A DNA stretch of 64,000 nt from Macrostomum lignano. Taxonomy: Eukaryota. Where the stretch lies: assembly GCA_002269645.1 (NCBI GenBank), contig NIVC01000629.1:310001-374000 (forward strand), in the 5' to 3' direction. A program made the translations under genes and the position numbers. Below are positions 60,806 to 64,000 of the stretch, piece after piece. Each line of letters begins with the position of its first letter. Within the stretch, counting starts at the first letter, position 1. The notes under the pieces were generated by a model. The model did not search any database and was not told the DNA's origin. It was given only the letters and a program-made list of their open reading frames with translations.

Positions 60806-60870
60806 CATCTATCTATCTACATATTCATCTATCTATCTATCAATTTATTTATTTATCTATTTATCAACCT
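60165..60870. repeat. (TATC)n microsatellite, interrupted
   Basis: Direct inspection. Confidence 0.97.
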
Positions 60871-60909
60871 GTGTATCTATCTGCCCACCTACATGTCAGA
60901 CATAGAGCC

Positions 60910-61250
60910 TCACCATTTGCACATAGTACATGTTCTCACCTTCCGCACATAGTACATATTCTCACCTTCCGCACATAGCACATATTCTCACCTTCCGCAC
61001 ATAGTACATGTTCTCACCTTCCGCACATAGTACATATTCTCACCTTCCGCACATAGCACATATTCTCACCTTCCGCACATAGTACATGTTCTCACCTTCC
61101 GCACATAGTACATGTTCTCACCTTCCGCACATAGTACATATTCTCACCATCCGCACATAGTACATATTCTCACCTTCCGCACATAGCACATATTCTCACC
61201 TTCCGCACATAGTACATGTTCTCACCTTCCGCACATAGTACATGTTCTCA
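60910..61250. repeat. 26-bp array that overlaps and duplicates the NOSTRIN-like exon 1 donor
   Basis: Plus unit GTTCTCACCTTCCGCACATAGTACAT; about 12 copies. Confidence 0.93.
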
Positions 61251-61450
61251 TCCATGCTGGGCAGGCCAGGCGACATGCTGGCAGACAGGAATTTGAACGG
61301 ATTGGTCAGCCGAGAGGCCGCAGGCGACAAAGAAGAGACGGACGGCGATGGAGAAGAACTGGACGCTGCGTTAATTGCAGGCGAAGACGCGGGGCTGGCG
61401 CCGCTGCCAGTGGAGGACAAGTTCAGCGACCGGCGCTTGGGCGAATGCAT
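61226..61450 (-). CDS. NOSTRIN: Probable NOSTRIN-like exon 1 (Ser-rich N-terminus)
   Basis: ATG at 61450; donor AAG|GTGAGA at 61224-61225 (or TAT|GTGCGG 9 nt earlier), both phase 0, giving MDENMYY(VRK)|GTNGF; total CDS 2028 nt. Confidence 0.65.
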
Positions 61451-62699
61451 ATAAGAGTGCTGGGCTAACAAGATGAAGCGATGGAGGGAGATGCAGCAGA
61501 AAATATTGGAGAAAGTCAGACAGCTTAGCTGCTTGACTAGATTATAGATGGCAGCATTGCAGGTGGAGCAGGAAGTTTTTCAAGTAATAAAACCAGCTAT
61601 GGTTAGACTGCATTTGGGAACTAGCTGGGTCATTAGATCCAGGTATAATGATCATATGGCTAAAATTAATAATGCAAAGCATTAAAATATTATCTAGAAC
61701 AAGCTTAATATAGCAGTTGAATGAATATACTTTTATTTAAAGTTTATAAACATTGAATTTGAGATAAAGTCTGTTACATACATATCTAAAATTTAAAGTT
61801 TTATGTTTATATAAATATAAACTAATATATATACATGATGGTTCTATTTAAACAATTAAATTAATACAAATTTAAGGAAAATATGAAATAAAATAAAATA
61901 TATATATATACCATACTAAAATTGGGTTATCTAAGTCCTAAATATTATACAAGAAGAGAAGTCATAGATATGGTTACAAGAATACATAATTCCCATATCT
62001 AGTAATATTGACCACTGAATAACTAAGACTTAAAAGGCTATCAGGGACTTAAGCAGTAGAGATTATTAGACTTCTTAAACTTGAGGAATGTAAAATACTT
62101 TTGATTTTCCTATTTTTCTGAAACTTTTGCCAGAGTCTTAAAAGGTATCCAAAATGATAATAAAGCAAAAAACTTCCAAAAATTACCTTTATAGGTAATA
62201 CAAGCTCAAATTTTTAATCTTCTTTGTTATTAATGATAATTTGATACAAACAGTTTTGCAAAATTGTATCAAATTTGGAATTTGGAAAATGAACTTTTTT
62301 AGAATCTTAACTTTTCAACTTTTATATTTTCAAAAATCTAATTAATTTTTTTTGAAACAAAATCTAAAGTATTTGAATATTAATTATAATAAACAGAGTG
62401 TCCATTTTAGGTTTTATTTACTCAATTTGTTATAGAACAGCAATAGTGCCACATAAGTTTAGTGCTTTTGAAAAATGCTAATTACTGGTTTGACAATGGC
62501 ACTTGCCCTTTGCCTCCTGCTTTTGATTTGCTGTCATTCTCTCATCATTGTGACTAAGAGAGCCCTCCCTAGCTATATATTCTTTATTTGTTAGGCACTA
62601 GGCACAGGGCAAGGAGGGCACAGATACCTTTAAAAGCTGCTAATTAGGGACTAAATCAGAAAAAGCACTAAAAATTACCATATAGACTCATTTTCTGGG

Positions 62700-63151
62700 G
62701 CATAGTCAGGAAAGTAGCCTTTGCCATGGAAAATTCCGGCACACACAAGGGGTCCTTGGCGAACTTAGTGCACAATCATGGTATACACTGAGGTCCCTGG
62801 TGCATGCGACACACAATCATGGTGCACACAGAGGTCCCTAGCGCATGTGGCGCATAATTGCACTGATTGCAGTGCATGCGGCATATAATTGCAATGTATA
62901 CGATGTATAAGGTCCTTGACATATGCGGTGCTGTGCACAACTTTGGTGCATAAAGAATTAGAATATAATCTTTATTAGCATAAAACTTGCGTAGCATATG
63001 GAGTCTGCATGAATTCTAAGAATATTGTAAATTTGTTGTAAAATACATAAAATAAGGGCATAGACATATCACACAGATGGCACATAGACAGCGCACAGAT
63101 CGTCCCAAAAAATTTATTCTAGCATACACTGTGCCACCTTCCTGACTATGC
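62700..63151. mobile_element. Possible MITE with 13-bp TIR
   Basis: GCATAGTCAGGAA (62700-62712) / TTCCTGACTATGC (63139-63151), flanked by TGGG on both sides; superfamily not assigned. Confidence 0.4.
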
Positions 63152-64000
63152 TGGGGGGGGGGGGCACATGCCCCTGGTGCAGCAAGCTCCCGCTGCCCAT
63201 GCTTCTATAATACATAGCCTATATATGGGGCTAGGCAGTATGCCTAGTAGGTATCTATATTATCATGTAGTTTATAAAGCATCCAATAGGCAATAATAGG
63301 CATATTTTATTTAAAATGGAACTCTAGCTATCCAATAACAAGATAGCTAAGCTAAGAACCAGAATCCAGACCAAAGCATAAAAGTCAAAAGAGATACGAA
63401 GTAAGAATAACTTAAAATGTCTATTGGCCATTTTGGGTCTTGGGATTGGAATTTTGCCATATTTTGTTCCACTTCTACCTAACTGTTGTCAAGACTCAAA
63501 ATTGACGATGTAGAAATTAGAATTGATATTCATCCCTTGATTCCTAACCCTTGGCCTTAATGACATACTTATTAAGTGGGTTAGGCCCTACAAAATTAAT
63601 AAAAATTTGATAAACCTCAGAAAAAAATAAAAAGAAAGCGACATCACAAGACTTGAAATATTACAAAGGTAAGGTCATGTCATGCTGAGTCATGCGTGAC
63701 GCACAATTACTAATAGCAAAATGTAAAGGCTAGCGCTGTTGGTGGAATTGCTGTTATATTTTTCGTTATGACTAATAGATTATTGTTGTTGACACATGTT
63801 CGACGCAATCCTGGAATAAAGCTATTCAAATATAAAGTTGACGATTAACAAACTTTTTCGCAAGACTTCGCTATTCTTAGTTAATAATATTAAATATAAA
63901 AATTATATTTCCATTAAGTAACTCAAAATTATTTAATTGAAAAGCCTTGTTTGCTAATTGTTTAATGTTTGGAAATAATTCTGTTATAAAATTCGTGATA

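Overview
Eukaryotic (animal) genomic DNA. GC-rich exons, minisatellite-filled introns and splice acceptors just upstream of start codons suggest a flatworm such as Macrostomum, but this is inference only. Four spliced minus-strand genes can be reconstructed with phase-consistent splice sites: (1) TENT4/PAPD5-7 (Trf4-like) non-canonical poly(A) polymerase, 4 exons, about 374 aa, one GC-AG intron; (2) a short 2-exon, 193-aa scribbler/ZNF608-like paralog that keeps the conserved motifs but has no zinc finger; (3) a full scribbler/brakeless (ZNF608/609) homolog with an atypical C2H2 finger and pure (CAG)27; (4) a NOSTRIN-like F-BAR/HR1/SH3 protein, 6 exons, about 675 aa. Mobile elements: an LTR with tRNA-Leu PBS and 4-bp TSD directly upstream of TENT4, a Tc1 remnant nested in a hAT element nested in a dispersed repeat, a hAT MITE, a Helitron-like 5' end, a foldback-like element and an IS630-Tc1-mariner remnant. 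The most notable element is a 373-bp retroposon with a 14-bp TSD whose 5' end is a near-canonical HDV/CPEB3-like self-cleaving ribozyme. Roughly 30 tandem arrays occur, several built from splice-site or transcription-factor motifs. Most long ORFs in the supplied track are artefacts of these arrays. No rRNA, tRNA gene or CRISPR array was found. All analysis was by eye; no searches or folding programs were run.
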